A DNA stretch of 63,607 nucleotides, the filler included, from Candidatus Ancaeobacter aquaticus (lineage in GTDB: Bacteria > Auribacterota > Ancaeobacteria > Ancaeobacterales > Ancaeobacteraceae): assembly GCA_030765405.1 (NCBI GenBank). It is 7 parts of 7 records of this genome, joined end to end, with 100 filler letters (N's around TTAATTAATTAA, not from the genome) between each part and the next. Parts side by side here need not be neighbours in the genome. Positions count along the whole stretch, not along the records: positions 6,508 to 21,135 come from JAVCCP010000062.1; positions 21,236 to 30,674 come from JAVCCP010000066.1; 5 more parts are not named here. One strand, 5' to 3'. Position numbers and translations under genes: made by a program. Positions 19,005 to 30,078 of this stretch are shown here, piece by piece (within the stretch, counting starts at the first letter, position 1; the number at the start of each line of letters is the position of its first letter). The notes under the pieces were generated by a model. It ran no database searches, had not been told where the DNA came from, and saw only the letters and a program-made list of their open reading frames with translations.

Positions 19005-19514
19005 TTAAGCAGTGTTAAACCACTCCCAATGAATCACATCTTTAAGAGCTCTTTTTTTGGCAACAGAAAGATCAAAATCTTTACTTGGCCTACCTAGTGA
19101 AATAAGGCTAATTAATTTATATTCTGAAGGCACTTTTAAAAGAACACTTATTTCGCTTGTGTATGGTTTCTTATCTCCGGCAACCCAACATGATCCAATA
19201 CCAAGAGATGCTGCCGCCACAAGAATATTTTCTGTCGCAGCACATCCATCCTCCAGATAATATTTTGTATCGCGGCAATAAACTGCAATACATGCTTTTG
19301 CTTGCGCGATAAACTTCCCATATTCAGCTATCTCAGCAATCTTCTTGAGAATATCCGTGTTAGTAACAACGATAAACTCCCAGGGCTGAACCCCACGTGC
19401 GGTAGGCGCATATCTAGCAGCTTCTATTATGCTCTCTATTTCTTCACGTGTAACGGGCACACCGCTATATTTCCGCACGCTTCTTCTTTTTTTTATTATT
19501 TCAATACAGTTCAT
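19005..19514 (-). CDS. Nitroreductase family protein
   Basis: RRSVRKY, APTARGVQPWEF, GIGSCW. Confidence 0.92.
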   Translation of the reverse strand: MNCIEIIKKRRSVRKYSGVPVTREEIESIIEAARYAPTARGVQPWEFIVVTNTDILKKIAEIAEYGKFIAQAKACIAVYCRDTKYYLEDGCAATENILVAAASLGIGSCWVAGDKKPYTSEISVLLKVPSEYKLISLISLGRPSKDFDLSVAKKRALKDVIHWEWFNTA

Positions 19515-20393
19515 TTATTCTTTTTTCTTTCCGAACGGAAAAATATCTTTAATTTTATCAGCCGCATCATCCATCATATCTTTTGCGCCTGCTGCAGCTT
19601 CTTTTGTCTTATCTCCAAGACTTGTATCCGAATCAAATGTTTTACTAGTCACGCCTTTCATGGAATCTCCAAGATTTCCGGTAAGATCCATTGCCTTTGA
19701 AGAGTAGTCTTTCATAAGCGTTTTTGCCTTTTCAATGGTTTGGGCGGTCTTGCCTTTCAATGGCCCGAGATCAAAATCTGCCAGGTTAGCAATACTTGTA
19801 TTCACTAACGCTTTAAAAACGATCAGGCTAATAAGCTTATATGGATCATCGATATCCTCATAGCGCTCATCGATATTCACGTTTACTTCAACAACTTTAG
19901 GTGGTGTTCCTTTAGAGTAATCGATATATTTTACTTTTCCGATCTTAAGCACCAACTCGTCGATTCTTATATCTGGCATTTTTGCTTCCTTCTTATCTTC
20001 AGGAGTATCTTTTTTCTCTTCAACTGCTTTTACCGCAGTTATTGAATCAAGGTTGAGCTCACCTTTTTCATTCTTAACAACAATAAATTCTTTCAGATTA
20101 AGCCGTATTGACTCAACGTGTATCTTTTTCTTCAGAAGTGCCTCCAAGTATAAATCCACATAGATTTCCGGCATATCCATCATAAGTCTCTCTTTAAACT
20201 GAGGAGGATTGAAAAGCTTGAGTTCTTTAATACCTAATGAAGTTCCCATTAGACTGATATTTATCTTCTCAACATCAAGAGTCAAGCCAGTCATGGCGTT
20301 TACACCTTTTTTAACAGCATTTTTTATCAGAAAATCTTTTGCAACAAAAATAACTACCACCAGCACAACTACAATGAGTAATAATTTTTTCAT
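19515..20393 (-). CDS. AsmA-family-like protein
   Basis: N-terminal anchor, IKELKLFNPPQF, KNEKGELNL, amphipathic C-terminus. Confidence 0.7.
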   Translation of the reverse strand: MKKLLLIVVVLVVVIFVAKDFLIKNAVKKGVNAMTGLTLDVEKINISLMGTSLGIKELKLFNPPQFKERLMMDMPEIYVDLYLEALLKKKIHVESIRLNLKEFIVVKNEKGELNLDSITAVKAVEEKKDTPEDKKEAKMPDIRIDELVLKIGKVKYIDYSKGTPPKVVEVNVNIDERYEDIDDPYKLISLIVFKALVNTSIANLADFDLGPLKGKTAQTIEKAKTLMKDYSSKAMDLTGNLGDSMKGVTSKTFDSDTSLGDKTKEAAAGAKDMMDDAADKIKDIFPFGKKKE

Positions 20394-20434
20394 CCTTCTA
20401 TCCCCTCTTTTTATGATTTATACCTGTTTACTAT

Positions 20435-20899
20435 TTATAACTTTTTCTGTGTCGCCTCACCGCCGGGCTGAATAACCGTTAACCGTTTAAGCGTAAACTT
20501 ATATATTATAACTTTTCCTGAGAGCCCAAGTTTAAAATGGGCATGTTTCTTCTGTGTACGCACCCCCTCAGCGATACGCTGAACAGAAAGGCGGAGTTCT
20601 TTCTCACGCACTGCCTGAACTAATGTTTCATACAGCTTCCCTTTTTCCATAATAACAATACGCCCCACCATCTTGTATCCTGTTAAACTTTTAATATCCA
20701 TGCCGGCTATTGATGCGAGAGGGTTTTCGCGAAGATTATCTAATGTCTTACCAAAAGCATAATCAATCAAATATATTGTTTTATCTTCTTGCTTAAGAAA
20801 AAATTTCGGTGCAACATTAGGGGTACCTTTTAGATCGCTTGTTGCAAGAAAGACAAATTCTTTTTTTACGAAATAATCTTGAAGATTTATAATGTCCAT
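20435..20899 (-). CDS. Pyridoxamine 5'-phosphate oxidase-like FMN-binding protein
   Basis: LATSDLKGTPNVAPK, KTLDNLRENP. Confidence 0.85.
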   Translation of the reverse strand: MDIINLQDYFVKKEFVFLATSDLKGTPNVAPKFFLKQEDKTIYLIDYAFGKTLDNLRENPLASIAGMDIKSLTGYKMVGRIVIMEKGKLYETLVQAVREKELRLSVQRIAEGVRTQKKHAHFKLGLSGKVIIYKFTLKRLTVIQPGGEATQKKL

Positions 20900-21135
20900 A
20901 TATGCACCATACCAATCACTACACCGAGCGTTTACACACTTACTATTATCATAACTGCGTGTAATATTAACATATTATAGAAGAAATATCCCCTAATTTA
21001 TCTACAATACAACGATTCCGCAACAATACGCATAAGGTATGATTTTAAGCTTAATTAGAGGTTTTTAAACAAAGGGTCATATTCGCGAAAGGATTTCGCT
21101 TAAAAAATTGGATTACAAAAGACGATTATATCTAC

Positions 21136-21235
21136 NNNNNNNNNNNNNNNNNNNNNNNNNNNNNNNNNNNNNNNNNNNNTTAATTAATTAANNNNNNNNN
21201 NNNNNNNNNNNNNNNNNNNNNNNNNNNNNNNNNNN
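21136..21235. other. Artificial contig spacer
   Basis: N-run with TTAATTAATTAA. Confidence 0.97.
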
Positions 21236-21404
21236 GAATCCTTATCTTAGGCTTCATAATAGCTGCCTCAAGGGTGATTTTACCTGATTTCTGGTAAGAC
21301 CATGTCCCATTTACGAAGTGGGACATGGTCTTACTCGATTTATTTATAACGCTTGAGCAATTATATTATAACAAATGGATTATATATTTCCTATTGAAAC
21401 TTTA
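21236..21404 (-). mobile_element. Second copy of the IS-like element end
   Basis: 169 bp matching 6508-6676 with one substitution; flanks diverge after TTGAAACTTTA. Confidence 0.7.
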
Positions 21405-21487
21405 ATCCTAAGCAGACCACCCTGCTGGGTAGACCTTCCCATCCCTTAAGGAAGGGTCTAACCATATACACCCCCGGCGGCGCATAT

Positions 21488-24400
21488 TTATTTCCCTATA
21501 TCAGTAACGCCTTTTTTACTATTTATTTTCTCTAAATACTTTTCTGCTCCGTACTTATAATTGCCTTCATTTCCTGCTATATGTTTAAATATTTTCTCCG
21601 CATCAGAAAGATTATTATCACTATATAATATAATTCCTTTATTATATAGTGCCGTATCCGCCATTTCGCTATCAGGAGATTTTTCAATAACACTGTTAAA
21701 ATAATCCAATGCCCTCTTATTTTTACCATTAACCATGTATATTTCCCCCAACATCAGCAATGCACGGCCCAGGATTTCACTATCAGCATCCGAATCCGCG
21801 ATCGTCTTGAAATCTTCGATTGCATGATCATATTTCTTCATTTTCCTGCCGCACATCCCCCGCATTAAAAGAACATATACTATAGCTTCATTATCAGGAT
21901 AATATTTAAGAAATCTATCTACCAGATTTACTACCGTTGAATATCTCTCAAGCTCATAGTAACGATTAATTAACAATAGAATATAATCTATATTCGCAGC
22001 ATCCTGTGTTTTTTTTGACAGCAGATAATCTATATGCAGCAGGTCTATTGACGACGAATAATCATACCTCTCGATATTAAAATATTTGTTTGATATCCTA
22101 CTGCACAGCCCGGTAAATTCTCCCGTATTAAGCTTTTTTTTCATGCCGTTAAGGCACTTATTATAAAATTTGTATGCCTGTGAATATTTACCGCTTTTAA
22201 ATGAACAGTCCGCAAATCCCTTTATATCACTCTCAATGTCACAACCCTTTAACCCTTCAGCCAAACTAAAATACATATTACATAATTTATCCGTGTAGTC
22301 TTCAAGTATGTTTAAAGACATGATACGCTTAATATAATACTTTAGATTTTTATAACATTCTTCACGACTGCCGCTATTATTCAGCGCTTTAATAAAATTA
22401 TCAAACTGTGTTTCTGTCTTATCAAACTGATACAAACGAATTAAGGCAAGAAACTTCAAATATTCTGTTTCAATAGTATCTAACCGGTATTTTTGTCTAT
22501 CCAGCCATTTCAGGATCTTTTTATAAACATGGTTATTATATTGAATAAACAGCTTGAATGCCTCTTCGTCCCCTGCATTCACCAATTCTTCCATCCCGCT
22601 AAACATCCCCTTTACCGTGTCTATATCCGGATTTTTCCGCGAAAGGAATCGTTCAATAAAGGCGCATATACCTTTAATATCCGCCTTTGATTTCACATAC
22701 CTGCTATCTTTTTTGAAACCGGTTTTGTTAAGGGCATTTTTTATATGCTTATTCTCCATAAAATATTTCCATACAAAACCGCTTCTGAAATTCTCCAGCG
22801 CTAAAAGAAATGCCCCCGTATCAAGCCCGTAATCCGTAGGGGCGTAAAAAACGTCCTGAAGGTTAAAGGAATTTACTAAACCATACCTTCCTTTTATCTT
22901 AGGATATTTTTGCAGCATATACTGAATGGCCGATACAGAATAAAATGGCGTAAAACTTATTGATGTCCCCGCCCCGAGAGGGGATACCGTCCCGTCATGC
23001 ATAGGGCAATTATCACCGTTAGGCAGCGTACCGTATTTCATCGTATAGCTTTTAGGCGTATAAACGGAAGTTATTCCCCAGCAATTCGGTTTATATGTCT
23101 TATAATTACCCGCCTCATCCATACAAAACTTTCGGTTTGCGAGCGTTGCCGCTTTAGAATTCTGAAACCAGTTTGTCTGGTTGCGATCCTTCAGGTCTCT
23201 AAAATCAAAAAATAAGTTTGCATACTGATGCGTAAACAACGCGCCGTACCATGAATAGATAAAGGACCTGCCGCCGCCATAGTTTCCAACCTGCCTTACC
23301 CAGTCATAATATACTTTTGAAGGAACATTGTAAGAGGGTGATGCCGCGGCAAGAAGCGTCACAAGAATCGTTTCATCCGAAAAGAAGTCCCATCTTCCCG
23401 TTAAATACCCTTTTTCAGGTGTCCATCCCATAAGAAACATCGATTTGCCACCATACCTCTCGTCACAAAATGCCATCCAGTCAATTCCCCTGTATATCTT
23501 CTCTGCCAGTTTTTTTATCCTGCCGCCGAAATAATCACCCGCTATTATCATCCCGCATAATAGAAGAGTTGTATCTATAGTAGATATTTCCGAGTTCCCC
23601 GATCTCTTTCCTGTATCAGACTTAATAAAATGATAATAAAATCCATCCTTATCCTCGATTTCAGGGGGCTTTCCCTTTTTGATCTCTTTGGCTGATAGTT
23701 TTTTCTCCCCGGTTTTTGAGAATATATCTTTAACAGGTTTTTTAATTACAGCAACAACGCTATTGATAAATTCCCCGGCGCGTTCCAAATCAAAAATATT
23801 TTCTAACAAACTACTTTTTTCTTTATCAGTCTTTTTGTTTAACTGTTTTTTAGGTTTGTCATCACATGTTTTCTTTTTCCTGTCTTTCGTAAAGGTATCC
23901 ATCACCAATAATACACGTCTTTTTGCCTCATCCTTACTGATCCAGCCCCGCTCAGCGCCAATACACATGGCAACAAGCCCGAAACCCGTAACAGCGGTGC
24001 TTGAATCTTTACTGCTTCCCGTATCCCTGAAAAGGCCGGTCTTTCTGTTCTGATTTTCCAAGAAATATAAAAATGACTGTTTTTGCAAATCATCCAGCAA
24101 ATCAAAACATGTATAGGGTATAACCGAACACCCAACCACACACAAAGACATAGAAACAACCTGTCCTAACGGGGTAACAGAAACAGCCCTTAACCATAAA
24201 TCTTTTTTATCGCAAAAGTTATCCATACCGCACTTTGAGGCGAATATCTTCCCGTTAGGATTGTATGCGGCAGCAATTCGATGCCAGGACCGGCCATTAT
24301 CCCGCGACATTTCAAACCAGACAACTTCATATATATCAGGGTTTGCTTCAATTTCAAGAATGCTATGTCTATTAAATAAATAATTATTACGAATTAGGTC

Positions 24401-25122
24401 TCCATCAGCTTTAAAAGTAGCTTTATCAGGCGGTATTTTCTTAATGTTTGTATCAATGTCCTGTCTCCCAATTAATAAATCATCTATAAATATTTCACTT
24501 TTTTTAACATCTGCCTTATTTTCTTCGAAGGTAAATACCATTTCGCAGACCTTTGACATATCTCTTATTACTAAAAAGTCTTTTAATGGTATAATAATTT
24601 TTTGCCAGTTTTTAGTAACACCCGCCTTTAGATATTTATCAATATAAACCGAGGAGACAATATCTTTTCCATATGTGAAACGCCCATCATCGTTTACGTC
24701 CTGATGTAGTTCAATTTTAAAATTCTCTCCACCTGAAAGGCCCTTTATCCAAAAACTTAGATATTTGAATTTACTCAAATTTAGTTCTTTTATCGTTCCT
24801 CTACGACCTAAAACAACAAAATAATAAGAAAAAGACCCTGATTCTGAGACATTGTACGAAAGCCTGATCGATCCTCCAGTATGACCAAGAACATTTTTAG
24901 GGTCTGATTCATAGGATACTAAACATATCCCGGGTTTTTCATCGTCTCCTCCCATCCCACCGCCTAATAGATTCTTCCATGAATATAAAGCATTAAAATC
25001 ATCTATAAGAATAACTAAAGGTTTTTTTGAATTATTAGTAGATGCGTGAAGTGAAGAGGGGATAAAAAATAGGCAAAATAATATTAAGAAGAATTTAGTT
25101 GTAGTGGAAAATCAAAAATACA
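21488..25122 (-). CDS. Secreted CBM11-like + glucoamylase/GH144-like + TPR protein (apparent 1-nt frameshift near start)
   Basis: LSFWIKGLSGGENFKIEL; LQKQSFLYF...TAVTGFGLVAMCIGAERGWIS; LFTHQY; C-terminal TPRs; frame open upstream of ATG 24955 through a signal peptide; GGAG-GTG at 25122 is out of frame by 1. Confidence 0.75.
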
Positions 25123-25274
25123 CAAGTGCTCCTTAATAAATAACTTCTCTTAATCATATCGTGAAGTCCCATTATATTAGATAATTATAATAATTTAAAT
25201 CATTCTTTATACTGTGAATGCAATAATAGTTCTGGGGACGGAATGAGCTAACCCGGGTTTAACGGACGGGTTAA

Positions 25275-26135
25275 TTATGAGACAGCTTTTAATTCCATCA
25301 TTTCTGGAGTAATATAATTCAATGATTGATGTAATCGCTGCCTGTTATAAAAGATCTCCACAAATTCAAATATCTCGGACTTTGCATGATCTCTTGATGT
25401 AAATCTTTCCTCAGAAACCAATTCATTTTTCAATGTACTAAAGAAACTTTCTGCTACAGCATTATCGTAGCAATCTCCTTTTCGGCTCATGCTTGGCACA
25501 AGACCAGATGTAATTAATTTATTCCGATAATCATCTGAGCCATAAATACTGCCCCGATCTGTGTGATGTAATACTTCTGATTGCGGCCTACGTCTTTCTA
25601 AGGCCATATCAAGGGCATTAATAACTAACTGTTTATTGTTTTTATCTGACATTGACCACCCAATTACTTTACGTGAAAATAGATCAAGCAAAACAGCCAA
25701 ATATAACCAACCTTTCTTTGTTGCTATAAAGGTCACATCACCAACCCATATTTGATTTGGGTTCATGGCTTGAAAACAGCGATTAAGTCGATTTGGTGCT
25801 ATCCATTCAGTATTCTTCGACATTGTAGTAACTTTAAATCTCTTACGTCGCTTACTTTCAATACCATGTATTTTTCAAAGCCTAGCTACTCGATACTTGC
25901 CGCAAGAAATCCCCCTTGCTTTGAGAGCTTTCCATGTTTTTATCGTACCATAATTCTTTTTTGATTCAACATGAATATCTTGAATCTTTGCAACCAAATA
26001 CTGATCAATCTGGCTTCTTTTGCTTACTGGTCTTGATTTCCATGCATAATAACCACTTGCACTGACCCTTAGTACTCTACACATCTTTCGGACCCTATAT
26101 TGCTTACTATTGCTCTTAATAAAGGCGTATTTTAT
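25275..26135 (-). pseudogene. IS3 OrfB (DDE integrase) with in-frame TGA and wrong frame relative to OrfA
   Basis: WVGDVTFI, HHTDRGS, CYDNAVAESFF; TGA at 25875-25877; OrfB lies +1 rather than -1 to OrfA. Confidence 0.88.
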
Positions 26136-26428
26136 CTGGGGTCCTTCACAAAGTACGCCGCGGTTTTTTTAAAGATGTCACGCTCTTCCTTCACTTCTTT
26201 TAATTCTTGCTTCAGTTTAGTAATTTCACTGAGCTGGTCAGATTTAGGTCTACCGGATCCTCCAAAGGCATTTGGGCCTTTCTCTGTTGTTTCATCTTTC
26301 CAACGGTAAAGGAGTGTGCGTTTTACACCCAATTGCATTGCTAGTTCGCTTGCTGGTCTACCGCCTTCTTTGAGTAGTCTAACAGCTTCAATTTTAAACT
26401 CTTTCGGATACCTTCCTCTTTTCTTCAT
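26132..26428 (-). CDS. IS3 OrfA (HTH)
   Basis: YPKEFKIEAVRL...ERDIFKKTAAYF with A7 slippery run. Confidence 0.9.
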   Translation of the reverse strand: MKKRGRYPKEFKIEAVRLLKEGGRPASELAMQLGVKRTLLYRWKDETTEKGPNAFGGSGRPKSDQLSEITKLKQELKEVKEERDIFKKTAAYFVKDPR

Positions 26429-26507
26429 CGGACACCTCCATTCGTTTTGTCTCTATTTTATAGTGTCCGTTAAATCCGGGCTAGCTCAGAACACTTAATT
26501 CTCTCCT

Positions 26508-26612
26508 ATTATTACCAATGGCATGCTTGAGCTTAAGAAGTGGAATCTAATAGATATTGAAAGAGGAAGCATTGAAAAAGGTTTTGCTAATAGGCCGGCT
26601 AACAGATCAGAT
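26508..26612 (+). pseudogene. Internal fragment of a homolog of the PLD-wHTH-DnaD gene
   Basis: ITNGMLELKKWNLIDIERGSIEKGFANRPANR aligns with ISNGMAELRHWNLLEIEYGNIDSGKGYNNRLPNR of 471-1943. Confidence 0.75.
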
Positions 26613-26738
26613 AATTCTTTTGCTTGTTTGCCAGGATTCTGCATCCCAGCTAAACACAAAGATTTTAATCCTTCATTTAATCCCTCATTAAATCCCTCAA
26701 TCAATTCGCCATTTAATCCGCCACGAGGTTTTGTTAAT
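26600..26738 (-). pseudogene. Remnant of C-terminal winged-HTH of an ATP-binding/Fic-type protein
   Basis: GLNGELIEGFNEGLNEGLKSLCLAGMQNPGKQAKELSDLL, typical GLNE-repeat/HTH tail. Confidence 0.55.
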
Positions 26739-26741
26739 AAA

Positions 26742-27046
26742 AGCGAGTGACGAAGATGAGATAGTATACCGTAAGGTATACTATCTCATCAAGGAACGAG
26801 CAGATAATTTAATAAAGAGGCTATTCATAAACAATTGTTCTGTTATTAGAATTCTACATTGAGCCTGAAAGAAGATATTGTTTATGAATGAATAAAGCCG
26901 ACATTCCTTATTGTGTTTAATTTTGCGTCTAATGAAATACAGACTATACGCAGATGACAAGTAGATAGAATAAGAATTAGCTAAATGGTTTTATGAACTT
27001 AGAGTATTTAGAGGGGTAAATAATTTTAACTGTAAAAGACGATAAA
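26742..27046. repeat. Structured dispersed element, copy 3, plus remnant of the small ORF 3' end
   Basis: Perfect 16-bp hairpin with GTAA loop 26755-26790; arms 26826-26835 / 26877-26886; homology to 5701-5975 continues to about 27046. Confidence 0.85.
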
Positions 27047-27084
27047 GAATGTGCTTGAATAATTCGTTTATGGTTTTACCGTTT

Positions 27085-30078
27085 TTATGCCGCTGTCATG
27101 ATTGCCCGCATCATGCTGTAGTTTGTCTTCGTTGATTCACTCGGAACTGTGACTGGAAGAGGCGCTTTTATAAATTCTGCTACGGTCATCTTATCAATCT
27201 TATCTACCTCATCTTCCTTCATACCCATTAGATCGGCTACAAGTTCACGGAAATGTGTCTTTAAAGCGGGATCATCGATATACGTCACAAGTTCAGCAAA
27301 CGTCATCTTCTCAAAATCATCTCCCAGCTGTTGGTGGAGAGATATGCCGGTTATGGTTATCGCAAGAAGTGAGCCTATATTATGGATCTCTTTTGATGCT
27401 GGATCGGTTGACAGTTCTTTGGGATTTATCTCAAGGATCTTTGTCTTATCAGAGGAAATGTTCTTTATCTTAAATTTCTCTTCAGACGAATTGAGCCAGC
27501 CAGCATCCAGATCCGTTGCCGTAACTTTTACCCCTTTCTTCTCGAGCAGTTTGTTAGCGTATTGTATCGCTGCCACTCCAAAAGGTTCCTGCGGTGAAAC
27601 GGCCTGCAGGTTTGAGATCTCTATCGGTTTAGCAACAAGATTAGGATACTTTTTAGAGAGATTGGTCACGTAATCCAACGGTACGACATAGTTCTTATCG
27701 TACACAGGGATCACTATGGTATTGTCCGGGTCCGGTATATTGTCTATCTCATTATGCAGGTTCACGATGTCCGGACTTACTGTAACAAAAACTGCTTTTG
27801 GCCTGTTCTGAATGTAAGCGCCTTTCGCTTTAGCAATGCTTTCGATATCCATCATCGGAATTGACAATACATCTGGAACTTTTGACCTGTTCACATCTTG
27901 CGCCATATCATTTGCAACTACCTTGGCCAACGGGTCATTCACCATCACCACCGATACCAGTTTCTTTTTTAGAGTATCGCTATGCTGTATAACCATATGT
28001 TCAGGATCACCGTCTTTCACAACGAAATGAAGCGCATCCTCGAGCATAACACGTGCAATATCACTTGCGCTGATATCTTCATCTTGCACCATCTCCCTGC
28101 CTAAATAGATGCAGTTATATGTCCTTCCCGCGTGTGCTAGAACATCTTTCCCTATCGTATATCCTCCGGTAAAACCGTATTCCGCCTCCTTTGCCCGGCG
28201 CACCAGTTCAGCACGATCAATCCCCGCAGGGATGTTCTTCATCTCTTTCACAACATCTCCAAGTAACATCTTTGCCGCTTTTACTTTGGCATCAAGACTG
28301 GCTAAGGGAACAAACAGCTTCTCGTTGATTTTTCCATCAATAAGTTTCCTCAGAATCCATTTCCCGGAAGGCATCAATACACGGATACCCTCTCCACTCA
28401 GTTCCTTTCGTATCTCTTCATTCGTCTCTTCGGCAGATGATACCGGCTGACCCACCAGCGTCGGTATCGTCATGTGTGTGCCAGGAAGATCTTTTACCGT
28501 GATCCCTTTTATCGGTGTGATCCCTTGCACTGTTGAGGGATGAAAAATATTCAGCTGCGGATTCTGAACAGTCAGAGCGAACAACTGAGCGGCAACAGCG
28601 GCTGTGGTCGCTCCATACGGATGTAATTTCCAAACAGGGTTGGGATACGGATCGTTTTTCTCCCCTAGGCCATCCCAGTAATTCAAAGGCAATCCACCGT
28701 CTGGAAACTGCCGTTTCATCACGTTATCAAAATATTGTTTTGCTTTGTCAGGGTTCCCTGCGTTCAACTCACTTATTGCCAGCCAACAGGTCGGATCAAG
28801 CCAGAACACGCCCGGATATTTCTTTTTGTCCGCTTCAACGTGGACAATACCGGTATCGGCGCTATTCAACAGTTTTTTCTCCACAAATTCTAGCCCCCGA
28901 CGGTAGTCTTCCCCCTTATCCCCTTTGTCCCCGAAAAGCATGTATCCCCACACGCTTGTGTCATATGCTGCAGCAGTATAAGGTATATCAAACCCCCACA
29001 GATACATCCGCGACATGTAAAAACACCCTTTCTTGTTGTTCCACGACCTCAGCAGGAATTGCTTTACCTTGAGTGCCACATCCAGGTACTTCTGTTCTCC
29101 CGTAATCATATACAGATTATAGAACGCTGAATAACAATCTTCGTTTTCTTCGACACTGACAACGGTAATAGGACCAACCTTCTTTTGGAGTATCGAACCA
29201 TCCTTCCCTTGCCGGCTGATAAGGTAATCTGCTACCTTACTGGCCATCGGGACGAACCGTTTATCGCCTTTTTCAACTCCACCGGTCGCAAAAACATGGA
29301 GATTCACCGCCATGATCACAAATGCGTTTGGCCCAGGATGAACATCCTGGAAAACAACCTTACGGTTACCTGAATCATACGTATTACAAAAATATCCATC
29401 AGGGTTCTGGATTTCTGAAAGCGCCTGCAAGACCTTTGCGGCATTTTCATGCGCACCCAGTAGGTCCATCTTCATGATCCATAGCGCCTGATCGAACGTA
29501 TGTGCCGCGCGGGCAATCTCCGGCGGGATCCCCTTTACATGATCATCGGCAAAGCTATTGCAGAGACCTGTTTTGGGATTATATCTACCCACATGCCAGT
29601 CAACCAATTTCTGGAGTTGTTCCCGGTACCGAGCCATAAATGCAACGATTTCGGAATTCGGCAGTTTCGCACGCTTTTCAAAAACAGGCTGGATCGGTTT
29701 CACCGTATCCGACACTACTACAGTCGGAGTGATTGATACTGGACTTATGATCAGAGAAAATGCCAGAAGAAGAGCAGCAATAGCCACTGGAACTATCTTT
29801 AGCAATATCTTTCCCTCTATTCTGTTAAACAGATATAGAAACGTCCGTTTCCAGGGACGTCCAATTCCCTCTTTTTGCAGATTTTTGTTTCTTTCTTTTT
29901 CATTATATTCTGCCTTAAATTGTGTTTGGTCTTCTTTTAATTTCGAATCCGCAGCAAGTGCGTTCTGAGAACTCTTCAATGTCTGCGTATGCGGTACCGC
30001 CCACACCATGCTTGTGGACAAAAATATAACCACTGTTACAAGAGACACGCATTTTAAGAAAAGGTTTAAACTTTTCAT
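27085..30078 (-). CDS. Large secreted protein with six-hairpin glycosidase-like (alpha/alpha)6 domain
   Basis: Signal peptide ending VWA; HTFDQAL, QNPDGYF, GPNAF, VSVEENEDCY, RQFPDGGL motifs. Confidence 0.65.
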   Translation of the reverse strand: MKSLNLFLKCVSLVTVVIFLSTSMVWAVPHTQTLKSSQNALAADSKLKEDQTQFKAEYNEKERNKNLQKEGIGRPWKRTFLYLFNRIEGKILLKIVPVAIAALLLAFSLIISPVSITPTVVVSDTVKPIQPVFEKRAKLPNSEIVAFMARYREQLQKLVDWHVGRYNPKTGLCNSFADDHVKGIPPEIARAAHTFDQALWIMKMDLLGAHENAAKVLQALSEIQNPDGYFCNTYDSGNRKVVFQDVHPGPNAFVIMAVNLHVFATGGVEKGDKRFVPMASKVADYLISRQGKDGSILQKKVGPITVVSVEENEDCYSAFYNLYMITGEQKYLDVALKVKQFLLRSWNNKKGCFYMSRMYLWGFDIPYTAAAYDTSVWGYMLFGDKGDKGEDYRRGLEFVEKKLLNSADTGIVHVEADKKKYPGVFWLDPTCWLAISELNAGNPDKAKQYFDNVMKRQFPDGGLPLNYWDGLGEKNDPYPNPVWKLHPYGATTAAVAAQLFALTVQNPQLNIFHPSTVQGITPIKGITVKDLPGTHMTIPTLVGQPVSSAEETNEEIRKELSGEGIRVLMPSGKWILRKLIDGKINEKLFVPLASLDAKVKAAKMLLGDVVKEMKNIPAGIDRAELVRRAKEAEYGFTGGYTIGKDVLAHAGRTYNCIYLGREMVQDEDISASDIARVMLEDALHFVVKDGDPEHMVIQHSDTLKKKLVSVVMVNDPLAKVVANDMAQDVNRSKVPDVLSIPMMDIESIAKAKGAYIQNRPKAVFVTVSPDIVNLHNEIDNIPDPDNTIVIPVYDKNYVVPLDYVTNLSKKYPNLVAKPIEISNLQAVSPQEPFGVAAIQYANKLLEKKGVKVTATDLDAGWLNSSEEKFKIKNISSDKTKILEINPKELSTDPASKEIHNIGSLLAITITGISLHQQLGDDFEKMTFAELVTYIDDPALKTHFRELVADLMGMKEDEVDKIDKMTVAEFIKAPLPVTVPSESTKTNYSMMRAIMTAA

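Larger units (their letters stand above)
25244..26488 (-). mobile_element. IS3-family insertion sequence, defective, 1245 bp
   Basis: Terminal IRs TGAGCTAACCCGGGTTTAACGGAC / GTCCGTTAAATCCGGGCTAGCTCA; 3-bp GAA target duplication. Confidence 0.93.

Noticed and set aside
25875..25877. In-frame TGA in IS3 OrfB as possible stop-codon recoding or selenocysteine
   Set aside because: TGA ends several intact genes here, and the IS has a second lesion; simple nonsense mutation is more likely
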